Assembly (NCBI GenBank): GCA_963677435.1
Contig: OY781945.1
Location: 704,001 to 768,000 of the forward strand
Reading direction: 5' to 3'
DNA length: 64,000 nt
Source of the DNA: an uncultured Aliarcobacter sp.
GTDB lineage: Bacteria > Campylobacterota > Campylobacteria > Campylobacterales > Arcobacteraceae
The notes under the pieces were generated by a model, which was given only the letters and a program-made list of their open reading frames with translations, made no database searches and was not told the origin of the DNA. This document shows positions 38,866-53,470 of this stretch, in pieces (position 1 is the stretch's first letter; the number at the start of each line of letters is the position of its first letter). The translations under genes and the position numbers were made by a program.

Positions 38866-41126
38866 TTTTTGAATTTTTTATGATTTGCTTTTTGCTCATA
38901 CATAGATTCATCTGCTTTTTTAAGTAGTGAATCTAGTGTATCACCTTTTTCATAATTTGCTATTCCAAAACTACAAGTTACTGTTATAGAATCACTAAAT
39001 TCAATCTCTTTTAATAAATTTTCTAAATTACAAACTATATTTTTTGTTTGAGATAGGGTAGTTTGAGGTAAGATAATTAAAAATTCATCTCCACCCCATC
39101 GTCCAATAAAATCAATATTTCTAATATTTTTATTTATTATGTCAGAAATTTTGATTAGAACTTCATCTCCTAAATGATGTCCAATATTATCATTAATATC
39201 TTTGAAATCATTAATATCAAAAAATATAATTGAAAGATCTGATTTATATCTTTTATTTCTTATTATCTCTATTTCACAAAGTTCTTCAATTCTTCTTCTA
39301 TTATATATATTTGTTAATCCATCTTTATTTGCCAATTCTGATAACTGTTTTTCTATCTCTTTTCTTTTTTTTATCTCTTTTTTTAATTTGAAGTTAAAAT
39401 ACATAAAAATTATCAATAATAAAATAAAAGGAATAATGATTTTAGCAATAAAATATATATCAATAGTTTTTGGATAAAAAATAAATTGATAGTTATTTAA
39501 AATATTATTTTTGTCATCTTGCGTAAATCTATTAATTGCACTATTTAAAATATTAATAAATAATCTATTTTTTTCTTCACTTTGTAAATAGATATTTAGT
39601 TTATGATCTAATAAAGTATTTATTTTTATATTATTTAGATTATTTTTATTTATTTTATGAGATATTGTATACATATTATCAATCAATGCAAATATCTCAT
39701 TTTTTTCTAATTTCATCAATGCTATATCAATAGAATCAATTCCAATAAAATTTATTTTTGGATACTCTTTTTGTAAAGTTGATATTATTTCTAAATTATT
39801 GATTACACCAATTTGAATATTTTTGAGAGTTGATAGGTTAGTAATAAAATTTTTATCATTTTTTGTAATAAGTGCTATTGGAACTTGGGCAACAGAATCT
39901 GTTAATAAATAACCAGAAGTGTTTTTCTTCTCAAAACTATAAATAAATTTTGCTTTTATTGTATTTGAAAAAATACTAAATATTTGATTATTTATAGTTT
40001 CTTCAATATTAAGAGGTTTTGATAATTTTTTAGAAATCAAATTCCAAAAATCAATTTCAATACCTTTTAATTGGTTTGTGATTTTAAAAGAAAAAGGAAT
40101 TTTATTATCTTCTACATAAAGTGTGAAATTATTATTTTCTAAATATTTACTATCTTCATCACTTAAAAGAATATTCATTTTATCTAAGATAATAGAATTA
40201 GTATCAAATATAGTATTTTGTTTATTTAATCCTAAAAAGCTATAAAATCTTTTTATTTCATCAATTGTTTGTGAGTCAATTTTTCCTAATTTACCCTCAT
40301 CTATTCCTGCTAATTTTCTTAACATGAATCCTTCATAAATTAAAGAATCTAAACTTTTATTTTGAGTATTATATTTTTCATAAATTAATTTTGCAGTCTC
40401 TTCAATATTATTAAAGGCATCTCTCCAACCTTTTAAAGAAGCATTATTAAAATTTTGTACTCTTGTTGGATTACTTAATAACTCTTTTTGTGAAGTATAA
40501 AGTATTCCTTCATAAAAATCAAAGTTATAATTGTGTGGATTTAATATATTATATTTAATATTTTGTTTTTCTAGTATATAAGGTTCATTTGATAAAAAAC
40601 AAGCCATTGCATCAGTTTTTTTGTTAATTAAATCATTTATGTCAAAAGAATGTTTTTGAATTGTAATATCATTTAGTTTTACCCCTTGAGAAATAATCAT
40701 TGAATTGATACTTGCAGAACTAATTGCATCATCTGTTATCATTATTTTTTTGTGTATTAAATCTTTTGGAGTATTAATATTTGATTCTTTTAGGCTCATT
40801 AGTACTAAAGGAGAAGCTTGATAAATAGCAGATAATAAGATTAAATCATTTCCATTAAATTTATCTATAATTAAAGATGACTTCCCCACCCCATATGTTG
40901 CTTCAGTTTCCATCACTTCTTTTAAGACATTTGAATTTGAATTAAATTCTTTAATATCAACATCCAATCCAACAGCATTATAATAACCTTTTTCTTTAGC
41001 TATATAATAACCAGCAAATTGGAACTGATTTAACCAATCAAGATAAAGTGTAACTTTTTCATTTGATTGTGCATCTAAGCTTGTAACAAGTATTAAAAAT
41101 AATAATAGTAGTCTTTTTAAAATCAT
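38862..41126 (-). CDS. Diguanylate cyclase with NMT1/THI5-like and SBP periplasmic domains
   Basis: LDWLNQFQFAGYY; TM; DGLTNIYNRR; RNID I-site; RWGGDEF intact. Confidence 0.92.
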   Translation of the reverse strand: MILKRLLLLFLILVTSLDAQSNEKVTLYLDWLNQFQFAGYYIAKEKGYYNAVGLDVDIKEFNSNSNVLKEVMETEATYGVGKSSLIIDKFNGNDLILLSAIYQASPLVLMSLKESNINTPKDLIHKKIMITDDAISSASINSMIISQGVKLNDITIQKHSFDINDLINKKTDAMACFLSNEPYILEKQNIKYNILNPHNYNFDFYEGILYTSQKELLSNPTRVQNFNNASLKGWRDAFNNIEETAKLIYEKYNTQNKSLDSLIYEGFMLRKLAGIDEGKLGKIDSQTIDEIKRFYSFLGLNKQNTIFDTNSIILDKMNILLSDEDSKYLENNNFTLYVEDNKIPFSFKITNQLKGIEIDFWNLISKKLSKPLNIEETINNQIFSIFSNTIKAKFIYSFEKKNTSGYLLTDSVAQVPIALITKNDKNFITNLSTLKNIQIGVINNLEIISTLQKEYPKINFIGIDSIDIALMKLEKNEIFALIDNMYTISHKINKNNLNNIKINTLLDHKLNIYLQSEEKNRLFINILNSAINRFTQDDKNNILNNYQFIFYPKTIDIYFIAKIIIPFILLLIIFMYFNFKLKKEIKKRKEIEKQLSELANKDGLTNIYNRRRIEELCEIEIIRNKRYKSDLSIIFFDINDFKDINDNIGHHLGDEVLIKISDIINKNIRNIDFIGRWGGDEFLIILPQTTLSQTKNIVCNLENLLKEIEFSDSITVTCSFGIANYEKGDTLDSLLKKADESMYEQKANHKKFKN

Positions 41127-41173
41127 TCAATATTCTACAACATTATTTATAAAAATAATATTGTAATAATAAT

Positions 41174-42106
41174 TTAAAAACTTAGAATCTCTCCATTGAA
41201 ATCATATTTAATATTTTGACCAATTTCAAGATTGTCATCAAAGCTGTGAATAAGTAGCTCTTTGTATTCAGTTTTAAGGATTATTTCATAAAAACTACCA
41301 TAAAAAACAATACTTTTTATAATTGCAGTAAATCTACCATTTGGAGTAATAAAAATATGCTCAGGTCTTACATAATTATTTTGCGAGATTTCTGTGATTT
41401 TTCCCAAGAAATTTGCACAATATAAATCTACTGGATTATGATATATATCTTTAGCAGTTCCTACTTGTAAAATATCTCCACCATTCATTATGGCAATTCG
41501 ATCAGATAAATAAAAAGCATCTTCTTTATCATGGGTGATAAACAAAGCTGTTATTCCAAAAGATTTTATCATCTCTTTTAGTTCAACTCTTAAATGAGCT
41601 CTTAATTCTGTATCAATATTACTTAAAGGTTCATCCAAAAGTAAGATTTTAGGTTTAGTGATAATTGCACGGGCTAGGGCAACTCTTTGTTGTTGTCCTC
41701 CACTTAATTCATGGGGAAATTTATTTTCTTGGCCTTTTAGTTTTGTTTTTTCTAAAACATCTTCTAAATCAGCTTTTGAAGCTTTACTTCCAAAGGTAAT
41801 ATTTGAAGCAATACTTAAATGGGGAAGTAGGGCATAGTTTTGAAAAACAACTGCAACTCCTCTATCTTTTGGTTGAAGATTGTTGTTTTTTGAAAAAACC
41901 TCTTTTTCATCAATTATAATTTCACCACTATCTGGTATTTCAAGACCTGCAATCATTCTTAAAAAAGTTGTTTTTCCACTTCCACTTTTACCAAGTATTG
42001 TAAAAATTTCACCCTCATTAATAAATAAATTAATATCATTTGCAACACAAATATTGCCTTTACAAAATACTTTTTTCAGATTTTTAATTTGTACAATTTT
42101 TTTCAT
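41174..42106 (-). CDS. fbpC: Fe(III) ABC transporter ATPase
   Basis: GKSGSGKTT, FQNYALLPH, LSGGQQQR; operon context. Confidence 0.85.
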   Translation of the reverse strand: MKKIVQIKNLKKVFCKGNICVANDINLFINEGEIFTILGKSGSGKTTFLRMIAGLEIPDSGEIIIDEKEVFSKNNNLQPKDRGVAVVFQNYALLPHLSIASNITFGSKASKADLEDVLEKTKLKGQENKFPHELSGGQQQRVALARAIITKPKILLLDEPLSNIDTELRAHLRVELKEMIKSFGITALFITHDKEDAFYLSDRIAIMNGGDILQVGTAKDIYHNPVDLYCANFLGKITEISQNNYVRPEHIFITPNGRFTAIIKSIVFYGSFYEIILKTEYKELLIHSFDDNLEIGQNIKYDFNGEILSF

Positions 42107-43671
42107 ATTTTTTTTCTCGTAAATTTTGAATTAAGTAATATAACTGCAATTGCAGTTGTTCCAACAAGAAGAAGACCTGGAAAACCAATTTTATAAAGTA
42201 ACTCATTACTAGCTAATTCATAAATTCTAATAGCTAAAGTATCAAAATTAAATGGTCTTAATATTAAAGTTGCTGGCAACTCTTTTGCTATATCTATATA
42301 AAGAATCAAAAATCCACTTAGAATATAAGGTTTCATTAAAGGCAAATATACTTTAAAAATATTGTTTGATTCACTTTTCCCAAATATCTTTGTTGCATCA
42401 TCTATACTTGTATCAATCTTACTAAAACCATTTTCAATAGAGCCAATACTCGAAGTAAAATATCTTGTAGTATAAGCAAAAATTAAAAGGAAAAAAGTTC
42501 CACCCATAAGTACATGTCCAAGTACTGTATCAACAAAACTACTGATTAATAATAAGCCAACTCCCACAACAGCTCCTGGAATTGAATATCCTAACATTGA
42601 CAATTTGTGAGTAAACTGTCCAATTTTACTTGGATAAAATCTAAGCATATACACAACAAAAAAAGATAATAAAATTATAATTATTGATGAGAAGATATTT
42701 AAACTAATTGTGTGATAAAAATAATCTAAAGTATCAAAATCTATAGAATCAAAATCAGATATAAACCAATAGATTAATACAAAAGTTGGAATTAAAAGTG
42801 TAATTGTTGTAATAAAAAATGAGATGAAAAATGCAATTAAATTGTATTTACCTGTTAGTTTTATTTTTGAAGATTTTTTTCCACTAAATGTTGAGCTAAC
42901 AAATTTATATTTTTTTCTAATTAAACTCTCTGTCCATAATATTGCAAATACAAATACAAGTAAAATGATTGCCACATTTATAGATTGCATTAAATCACCA
43001 TATCCAAACCAGCTTTTAAAAATTCCCACACTAAAAGTTTCAATACCAAAATATAAAACTGTTCCATAATCACTTAATGTTTCCATAACAGCCAAAATGC
43101 TTCCTGCAAAAATAGCTGGATATGCAAGTGGTAAATATACTGTAAAAAAAGCTTTTATTGGATTTATTTTATGTAAAGAGATAAGTTCACCAACTGTTGA
43201 TGAAATAGAGCTAAATGATACTTTTGCAAGGATATAAACATACGGAAACATCGCAATCCCAAAAATAAATATAGCACCTGACATATTTAAAATGTCATAT
43301 CTTGCATCTATATTACCTAAAATTTCAGATAAAACACCTCTATATTCAAAAAAACCTACATAAGTGTAACCTAAAAGATAAGCTGGATATGCAAGGGGAA
43401 GTACAAATAATATTGAGAATATTTTATCTCCAGTATATTCAAATCTAGCACTTAAATATGAGCTTATTGTTCCTAATATTACAACAACAAAAAAAGTTCC
43501 TGCTACTAATATTGTTGTATTAGTGATATATCCAGCTAACATTTCACTGAATAAAAAACCAAAATCAAAGTTGCCTTTTATTATAAAGTAAAACAGTAGT
43601 GTTAATATTGGTAGTGATATACATAGCCCAATTATTGGGGCTATGAAATATTTAGATTTATTTATTTCCAA
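42103..43671 (-). CDS. fbpB: Fe(III) ABC transporter permease
   Basis: LPLAYPAY, METLSDYG, GYSIPGAV, KELPATLILRPFNFDTLA. Confidence 0.9.
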   Translation of the reverse strand: MEINKSKYFIAPIIGLCISLPILTLLFYFIIKGNFDFGFLFSEMLAGYITNTTILVAGTFFVVVILGTISSYLSARFEYTGDKIFSILFVLPLAYPAYLLGYTYVGFFEYRGVLSEILGNIDARYDILNMSGAIFIFGIAMFPYVYILAKVSFSSISSTVGELISLHKINPIKAFFTVYLPLAYPAIFAGSILAVMETLSDYGTVLYFGIETFSVGIFKSWFGYGDLMQSINVAIILLVFVFAILWTESLIRKKYKFVSSTFSGKKSSKIKLTGKYNLIAFFISFFITTITLLIPTFVLIYWFISDFDSIDFDTLDYFYHTISLNIFSSIIIILLSFFVVYMLRFYPSKIGQFTHKLSMLGYSIPGAVVGVGLLLISSFVDTVLGHVLMGGTFFLLIFAYTTRYFTSSIGSIENGFSKIDTSIDDATKIFGKSESNNIFKVYLPLMKPYILSGFLILYIDIAKELPATLILRPFNFDTLAIRIYELASNELLYKIGFPGLLLVGTTAIAVILLNSKFTRKKI

Positions 43672-44669
43672 TTTGCTTTTGTAGCTATTTCTACAGCCTC
43701 TTTAGTATATTTTCCAACTTCATTTAATTGAATTTTATCTTCTTTAAATGTTCCCCAAGAACTTACAATTTCAGAAGATTTTGCTTTTGGATTTGCAGGA
43801 AATTCTTGATTTGCTTCTGCAAAAACTTCTTGCGCTTCAACAGAACTTAAAAATTCGATAAATTTAATTGCATTCTCTTTATTTTTTGCATAATATGTAA
43901 CTCCAGCTCCTGAAATATTCATATGAGTTCCAGTTGTTTCTTGTGCAGGGAAAAATATTTTTAAACTTTTTGCAATTTCAAGATCTTTTTTATTTTTACT
44001 ATTTAACATAACACCTAAATAATAAGTATTAACAATAGCAATATCAGCATCACCAGCACCAACTGCTACAATTTGATCTTTATCAGCACCTTTTGGATTG
44101 TATGGGAAATTATTAACTAATCCTTTTGAAAATTCTAAAGCTTTATCTTCTCCATAATGTGCAATAATTGAAGCTAATAGAGATTTATTATAAGCAGCTG
44201 TTGATGATCTTGTAATTACTCTTCCTTTGAATTTTTCTTGAGTAAGACTAAAATAATCACCTAAATCAGCAGGGTTAACTTTTTGTGGATTATAAACAAA
44301 AACTCTAGCTCTTTTTGTCAGTGCAAACCAATTATTATCAGTGTCTCTTAAGTTTTCAGGGATATTTTCATTTAATATTTTTGACTTAATTGGTTGTAAT
44401 AATTTTCTTTGTTTAGCTTGATATAAATTTCCAATATCAGCAGTAATTAGTACATCAGCAGGAGTATTTGCACCCTCAATTGCAAGTTTTGCAACAAGTT
44501 CTTCTGCTTTTGCTGTAACTGCATTTACTTTGATTCCAGTTTCTTTTTCAAATTGTTTATATAAGATTTTATCAGAATCGTAGTGTCTTTGAGAATATAC
44601 ATTTACCTCTTGTGAAGCAAACAATGAAGAGGCTAAAATAATTGCTCCCAATGTTAATTTTTTAATCAT
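43662..44669 (-). CDS. fbpA: Fe(III) ABC substrate-binding protein (FutA/FbpA-type)
   Basis: VNVYSQRHY, PADVLITAD, NTYY, HMNISGAG. Confidence 0.9.
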   Translation of the reverse strand: MIKKLTLGAIILASSLFASQEVNVYSQRHYDSDKILYKQFEKETGIKVNAVTAKAEELVAKLAIEGANTPADVLITADIGNLYQAKQRKLLQPIKSKILNENIPENLRDTDNNWFALTKRARVFVYNPQKVNPADLGDYFSLTQEKFKGRVITRSSTAAYNKSLLASIIAHYGEDKALEFSKGLVNNFPYNPKGADKDQIVAVGAGDADIAIVNTYYLGVMLNSKNKKDLEIAKSLKIFFPAQETTGTHMNISGAGVTYYAKNKENAIKFIEFLSSVEAQEVFAEANQEFPANPKAKSSEIVSSWGTFKEDKIQLNEVGKYTKEAVEIATKANWK

Positions 44670-44729
44670 AAAATTCCTTTTTTTGTTTTATACAAAATTT
44701 AATTGTTGTATATTAATACTTTTTTTCTT

Positions 44730-44764
44730 TAATCATTCTTAATATTAAGAATGATTATCATATT
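44730..44764. promoter_or_regulatory. Fur-box-like site within a perfect palindrome upstream of fbpABC
   Basis: AATGATTATCAT core; TAATCATTCTTAATATTAAGAATGATTA is a 28-bp palindrome. Confidence 0.7.
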
Positions 44765-44841
44765 AAGGAAGAATGATTTTTAAGATAAACAAATTTTATT
44801 ATTGTTATAATAGCAAACTTAAAAAAAAGGAAATAAGATAT

Positions 44842-45411
44842 ATGATTTTAATGATTGATAACTATGACTCTTTTACATATAATATAGTTCAATATTGCCT
44901 AGAATTAGGGGCAGACTTAAAGATTATAAGAAATGATGAATTAACTTTAAAACAAATAGAAGATTTAAATCCACAAAAAATTATAATATCTCCAGGCCCA
45001 GCAACACCTGATGATGCAGGAGTTTGTTTAGATGTAATAAAACATTTTGCTGGTAAAAAACCAATTTTCGGTATTTGTTTAGGACATCAAGCAATTGGAC
45101 AGGTATTTGGTGCAAATGTTGTAAGAGCTAAAAATATGATGCATGGAAAAACATCTTTAATTAAAGTTGTACAAGATACAAAAATTTTCGATGGCTTGCC
45201 AAAAGAGTTTACACAAACAAGATATCACTCATTAATCGTTGAGAAAGAAAATTTACCAGAAGATATTATTGTTACTTCATACAGTGAAGATGATGGAGAA
45301 ATAATGTCATTGGAAATAAAAGAAAAACAAATATATGGTGTTCAGTTTCACCCTGAGTCAATCATGAGTGAACATGGATATAAAATAATAGATAATTTCT
45401 TAAAATTATAA
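44842..45411 (+). CDS. Anthranilate/aminodeoxychorismate synthase component II (TrpG/PabA)
   Basis: MILMIDNYDSFTYN, ISPGP, GICLGHQ, RYHSL, QFHPES; start ATG 44842. Confidence 0.95.
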   Translation: MILMIDNYDSFTYNIVQYCLELGADLKIIRNDELTLKQIEDLNPQKIIISPGPATPDDAGVCLDVIKHFAGKKPIFGICLGHQAIGQVFGANVVRAKNMMHGKTSLIKVVQDTKIFDGLPKEFTQTRYHSLIVEKENLPEDIIVTSYSEDDGEIMSLEIKEKQIYGVQFHPESIMSEHGYKIIDNFLKL

Positions 45412-45416
45412 ACAAA

Positions 45417-46616
45417 ATGATAACAAACAACAAATATAAATACTATTTTTATTTAACACTTTTATTTTTAACATTTATATTGTTGTTTAAAGCAGGCAAT
45501 TCTCTCAGTATTTCATATAAAGAGGCTTTAAATGTATTTGTAAATACTTCAATTTTATCATTAATTACAAATACATCTATATATCTTTTTGGGCAAAATG
45601 ATATAGCATTAAGATTACCATTTATTTTATTTTATATATTTTCAGCTCTACTTATGTATAAAATCACTGAAAATTATTTTAGATATGAAAAAGATAGATA
45701 TATTTCTATTATTATATTTATGACACTTCCTGGGGTTCTTAGTGCTTCGTTATTAGTGAATAGTGCAATAATAGTAATTTTTTGTACTTTATTGTATTTA
45801 TATTATTATCAGAAATATAATAAACACTCATATTTCTTATTGCTCATATTTTTATTTATTGATAACTCTTTTGCAATTTTATATTTAGCACTATTCTTTT
45901 ATTCATTAAAAAATAAAGATACAAAACTTATGTATTTATCTTTAATATTGTTTACAATATCTATGTATATATATGGATTTTCAACAGGTGGAAAACCTAG
46001 AGGATTTTTAGTTGATACATTTGCAATATATGCGACTGTATTTTCTCCATTTTTATTTTTATACTTTTTATATACCATATACAGAGCATGGATAAAAAAA
46101 GAAAAAAATTTAATTTGGTATATATCAATAACAGCATTACTTTTGTCTTTGGTGGTTTCTTTTCGACAAAGAGTATATATAGAAGATTTTGCACCTTATG
46201 TAGTAATATTTTTACCCTTTATGTTAAAAACTTTTTTTCATGCATACAGAGTTAGATTAAAAGAATTCAGAATAAATTACAATATTTTGGCAGGATTAAT
46301 TGTTGTAATGTTATCTATTAATGTAATTCTAACTTTTGTAAATAAGCCTTTATATTTAGTATTACCAAATCCAACTAAACACTTTGTATATGAATATCAT
46401 TTTGTTAAAGAATTAGCTGAAGAGTTATCAAAACGAGGTGTTAAATCTATAACAACTGATGATGAAGAATTAGCTCTGAGGTTAAAATTTTATAATATAA
46501 ATAAAGGTGATGACTATTTTTTAACATTAAAAAATTATGATTATCCTAGTCAAAGGATAAGTATAAAATATTATGGAAAAGAACTTTTCGTTGCATATTT
46601 AATAAAATTAAAATGA
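45417..46616 (+). CDS. Integral membrane protein, GT39/ArnT-like
   Basis: Multi-TM protein; FGQNDIALRLPF resembles the GT-C N-terminal motif. Confidence 0.65.
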   Translation: MITNNKYKYYFYLTLLFLTFILLFKAGNSLSISYKEALNVFVNTSILSLITNTSIYLFGQNDIALRLPFILFYIFSALLMYKITENYFRYEKDRYISIIIFMTLPGVLSASLLVNSAIIVIFCTLLYLYYYQKYNKHSYFLLLIFLFIDNSFAILYLALFFYSLKNKDTKLMYLSLILFTISMYIYGFSTGGKPRGFLVDTFAIYATVFSPFLFLYFLYTIYRAWIKKEKNLIWYISITALLLSLVVSFRQRVYIEDFAPYVVIFLPFMLKTFFHAYRVRLKEFRINYNILAGLIVVMLSINVILTFVNKPLYLVLPNPTKHFVYEYHFVKELAEELSKRGVKSITTDDEELALRLKFYNINKGDDYFLTLKNYDYPSQRISIKYYGKELFVAYLIKLK

Positions 46617-47270
46617 AAAAATCATTTTCACTACTAGAGTTAGTATTAGTTATTTCTTTAATCGCCTTTTTATATACAATATTTCTTCCCAAAAATAAAA
46701 TTAATTATCTTAATGAATTCACAAATAGAATATCTTTATATCTGTCATTCGCACGATATGTTGCCTTAATAGACAATAAGTATGATTACTTTTATTCTTA
46801 TAATACTAATTACCCTTTACGTATTAAACAGATTTATAGTAAAGTACGAAGTAGTAGTATACAGAGCTAATTACCCTAAATATTTTTGAAATAAACAATC
46901 AAATTCAATATATAGTGACAAAAATAAATCAGGTCATCCAAGTATTGAAGATAGTTTAAAAGATCCATTAAGTGGTAAAAATATATATAGTTCAAATTAT
47001 TGTAAAGAAAATAGTTCAAATAGTAAATATGTATTAATTACAAAAGAGTTTGGAATTACTGATGTTCAAATATCATGTAATGTTACAACTTCTCTAGGGC
47101 AATTATCTTTTGGTAGTGATGGAAAAGTATATTCAAGATTAAGTGCATACGAAAATAAGTCATATGAATATGAAATAACAGAGCCATGTAGTATAAAATT
47201 TATAACAAAAGATGGAGAAAGTAGTGAATTAGAACTATTTTCAAAAACAGGATATGCAAATGTAAAATAA
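46613..47270 (+). pseudogene. Prepilin-type (pseudopilin) gene interrupted by an anomalous segment
   Basis: MKKSFSLLELVLVI prepilin motif; a second open frame at 46905-47270 (SIYSDKNKSGHP...KTGYANVK*) has no ATG; stop at 46870. Confidence 0.7.
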
Positions 47271-47388
47271 AATACAATAAAAATATAGTAATAAAAAAGT
47301 AAGGCGAGAAGAAACACAATATAAGTATAGTAAAAGGAGAGAGAGAAGATGAATCCTAAAATTTAAGCTAAATTTTAGGTATAAGCTC

Positions 47389-47417
47389 TTGACAAAGCCA
47401 AAAGAATCTATTATAAT
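47389..47417 (+). promoter_or_regulatory. rrn promoter
   Basis: TTGACA-17 bp-TATAAT followed by the GC-rich discriminator TCCCGTCC; boxA-like TGATCTTTAAAAA near 47486. Confidence 0.9.
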
Positions 47418-47708
47418 TCCCGTCCAATTTGACTGAAGCGCATCAAACGAGAGAATGATAGGAAGCGTTGAAATCGAAGCTGGATGATCTTTAAAAATAA
47501 TTATAACGTTTGTAAAGTAATCTTTATAAACCGAATATGAGACTCTTATAAAAATCTGTTATTTATTACAGATGTAAAATAAGAATAAATGTTAAAAATA
47601 TAAAAACAAACAAGAACAATATGGTAAAACATATAACTTGTCTATACTATGAGTGATAATTTTGTAATAGTAAAATAATACAGAATAAGTCAAGTTCAAA
47701 AACTTCAA

Positions 47709-49225
<1,517 letters not shown>

Positions 49226-49321
49226 CAGAGAATTGAGACTAGATTCGTTTCTAGTTTCAAAACTAAAAAGAAAGAGTTTTTATATTCGGTTTATAAAGAT
49301 TATTTAAATAGGTAGAAAAAT

Positions 49322-49398
49322 GGGCCTATAGCTCAGCTGGCTAGAGCGCTCGACTGATAATCGTGAGGTCCCAGGTTCAAGTCCTGGTAGGCCCACCA
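49322..49398 (+). tRNA. tRNA-Ile(GAT)
   Basis: GGGCCTATAGCTCAG...CTGATAA...GGTTCAAGTCC...GGCCCACCA. Confidence 0.97.
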
Positions 49399-49465
49399 TT
49401 AAATAATCTATAAAGATTAATCATCGGGTCCTAAAAAAATGCAATTTTTTTGGGTAGATCAGTGT

Positions 49466-49541
49466 GGGGAATTAGCTCAGCTGGGAGAGCGCCTGCTTTG
49501 CACGCAGGAGGTCAGCGGTTCGATCCCGCTATTCTCCACCA
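49466..49541 (+). tRNA. tRNA-Ala(TGC)
   Basis: GGGGAATTAGCTCAG...TTTGCAC...GGTTCGATCCC...TTCTCCACCA. Confidence 0.97.
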
Positions 49542-49887
49542 CCTATTAAAAATAAGCTAAAATTTATAATTAGAAGAAATGATAAACAAGATTAAATATA
49601 AGTTCAAAAAGAATTGAATTTATATTTGATTTTCGAATCAAAATGATATTTAAAAATATAATGTTAAAGTCTTTAATTTTTTCGTTTAATTAAAAGAACT
49701 AAAAGAATTTATTCTAATAGAACTAATAATTAAAAACAAAAATTTTAATTATCTAGAAATAGATAGAACACAACTTTTTTATAAGATATATAGAGTTAGT
49801 TAATTAGATTTAATTAATAAAGTATGTTTAATAAGATAGTAGCCAAAGAATATTATCAAAAATGCGACAGAATTTAATTCTGTTTAT

Positions 49888-52797
<2,910 letters not shown>

Positions 52798-52976
52798 TTA
52801 ACAAATTCTTTGGTTTACTATCTTATTAAATATATTGATTATATGTTTAATATAAATGTGTGATTTTTAGAAAGAACAAAAAGACTTTAACATTATTTTT
52901 TTCTTAACTCCTAAACGAGTTGAGTGTAAAGTGTATTTACATATTTATTTATGTTTTTACTTTTTACACTCAACTT

Positions 52977-53092
52977 TGCTGGTGGCTATAGAGAAGTGGA
53001 AATACCCAGTCCCATTCCGAACCTGGAAGTCAAGCACTTCATCGCCGATAATACTGCCGGGTCCCCTGGTGGAAACGTAGGCCGCTGCCAGC
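52977..53092 (+). rRNA. rrf: 5S rRNA
   Basis: GCTGGTGGC...CCCATTCCGAAC...GCTGCCAGC. Confidence 0.96.
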
Positions 53093-53109
53093 TCTTGAGT
53101 TTTTTACAC

Positions 53110-53161
53110 AAGCTTTTAACTATTCGAACTTCTTGTTCCTCTAGTTAAAAGCTTTTTTTTT
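53110..53161 (+). terminator. rrn terminator
   Basis: AAGCTTTTAACTA...TAGTTAAAAGCTT followed by a long T run. Confidence 0.75.
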
Positions 53162-53298
53162 AGCCCGCTTTTTAGCCAAAATATGTTTTACTTATTGCAT
53201 TTGTATTTAGTTTCTTTTTCTGGCTATAATTGATTTACTTGGCTTTTATCCTTTTATATTAACTATATCTCTTAGTTAGCCAATACATTATTCTTTTT

Positions 53299-53374
53299 GC
53301 TTGCATAGCTCCAACGGTAGAGCAATTCCATGGTAAGGAAGAGGTTACAGGTTCAACTCCTGTTGTGAGCTCCA
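53299..53374 (+). tRNA. tRNA-Thr(GGT), slightly atypical
   Basis: GCTTGCA/TGTGAGC acceptor stem, GCTC/GAGC D stem, ATGGTAA anticodon loop, ACAGG-TTCAACT-CCTGT T arm, encoded CCA. Confidence 0.9.
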
Positions 53375-53470
53375 TCCCCCTCTTGTTGTAGTCTTATCTT
53401 ATATTTATCTCTTCCTAATTATTTAATGTTATTTTTGTATAATCTTTTATTATATTATTAAGGTTATGTT

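Noticed and set aside
46806..46877. Two 11-bp repeats 61 bp apart as a mini-CRISPR
   Set aside because: Repeat too short, only two copies and no cas genes; treated under the pseudopilin anomaly.
52918..52975. Inverted repeat AGTTGAGTGTAAA/TTTACACTCAACT in the 23S-5S spacer, and complementarity between the rrn leader (near 47520) and the ITS (near 49275)
   Set aside because: Best explained as ordinary pre-rRNA processing stems.
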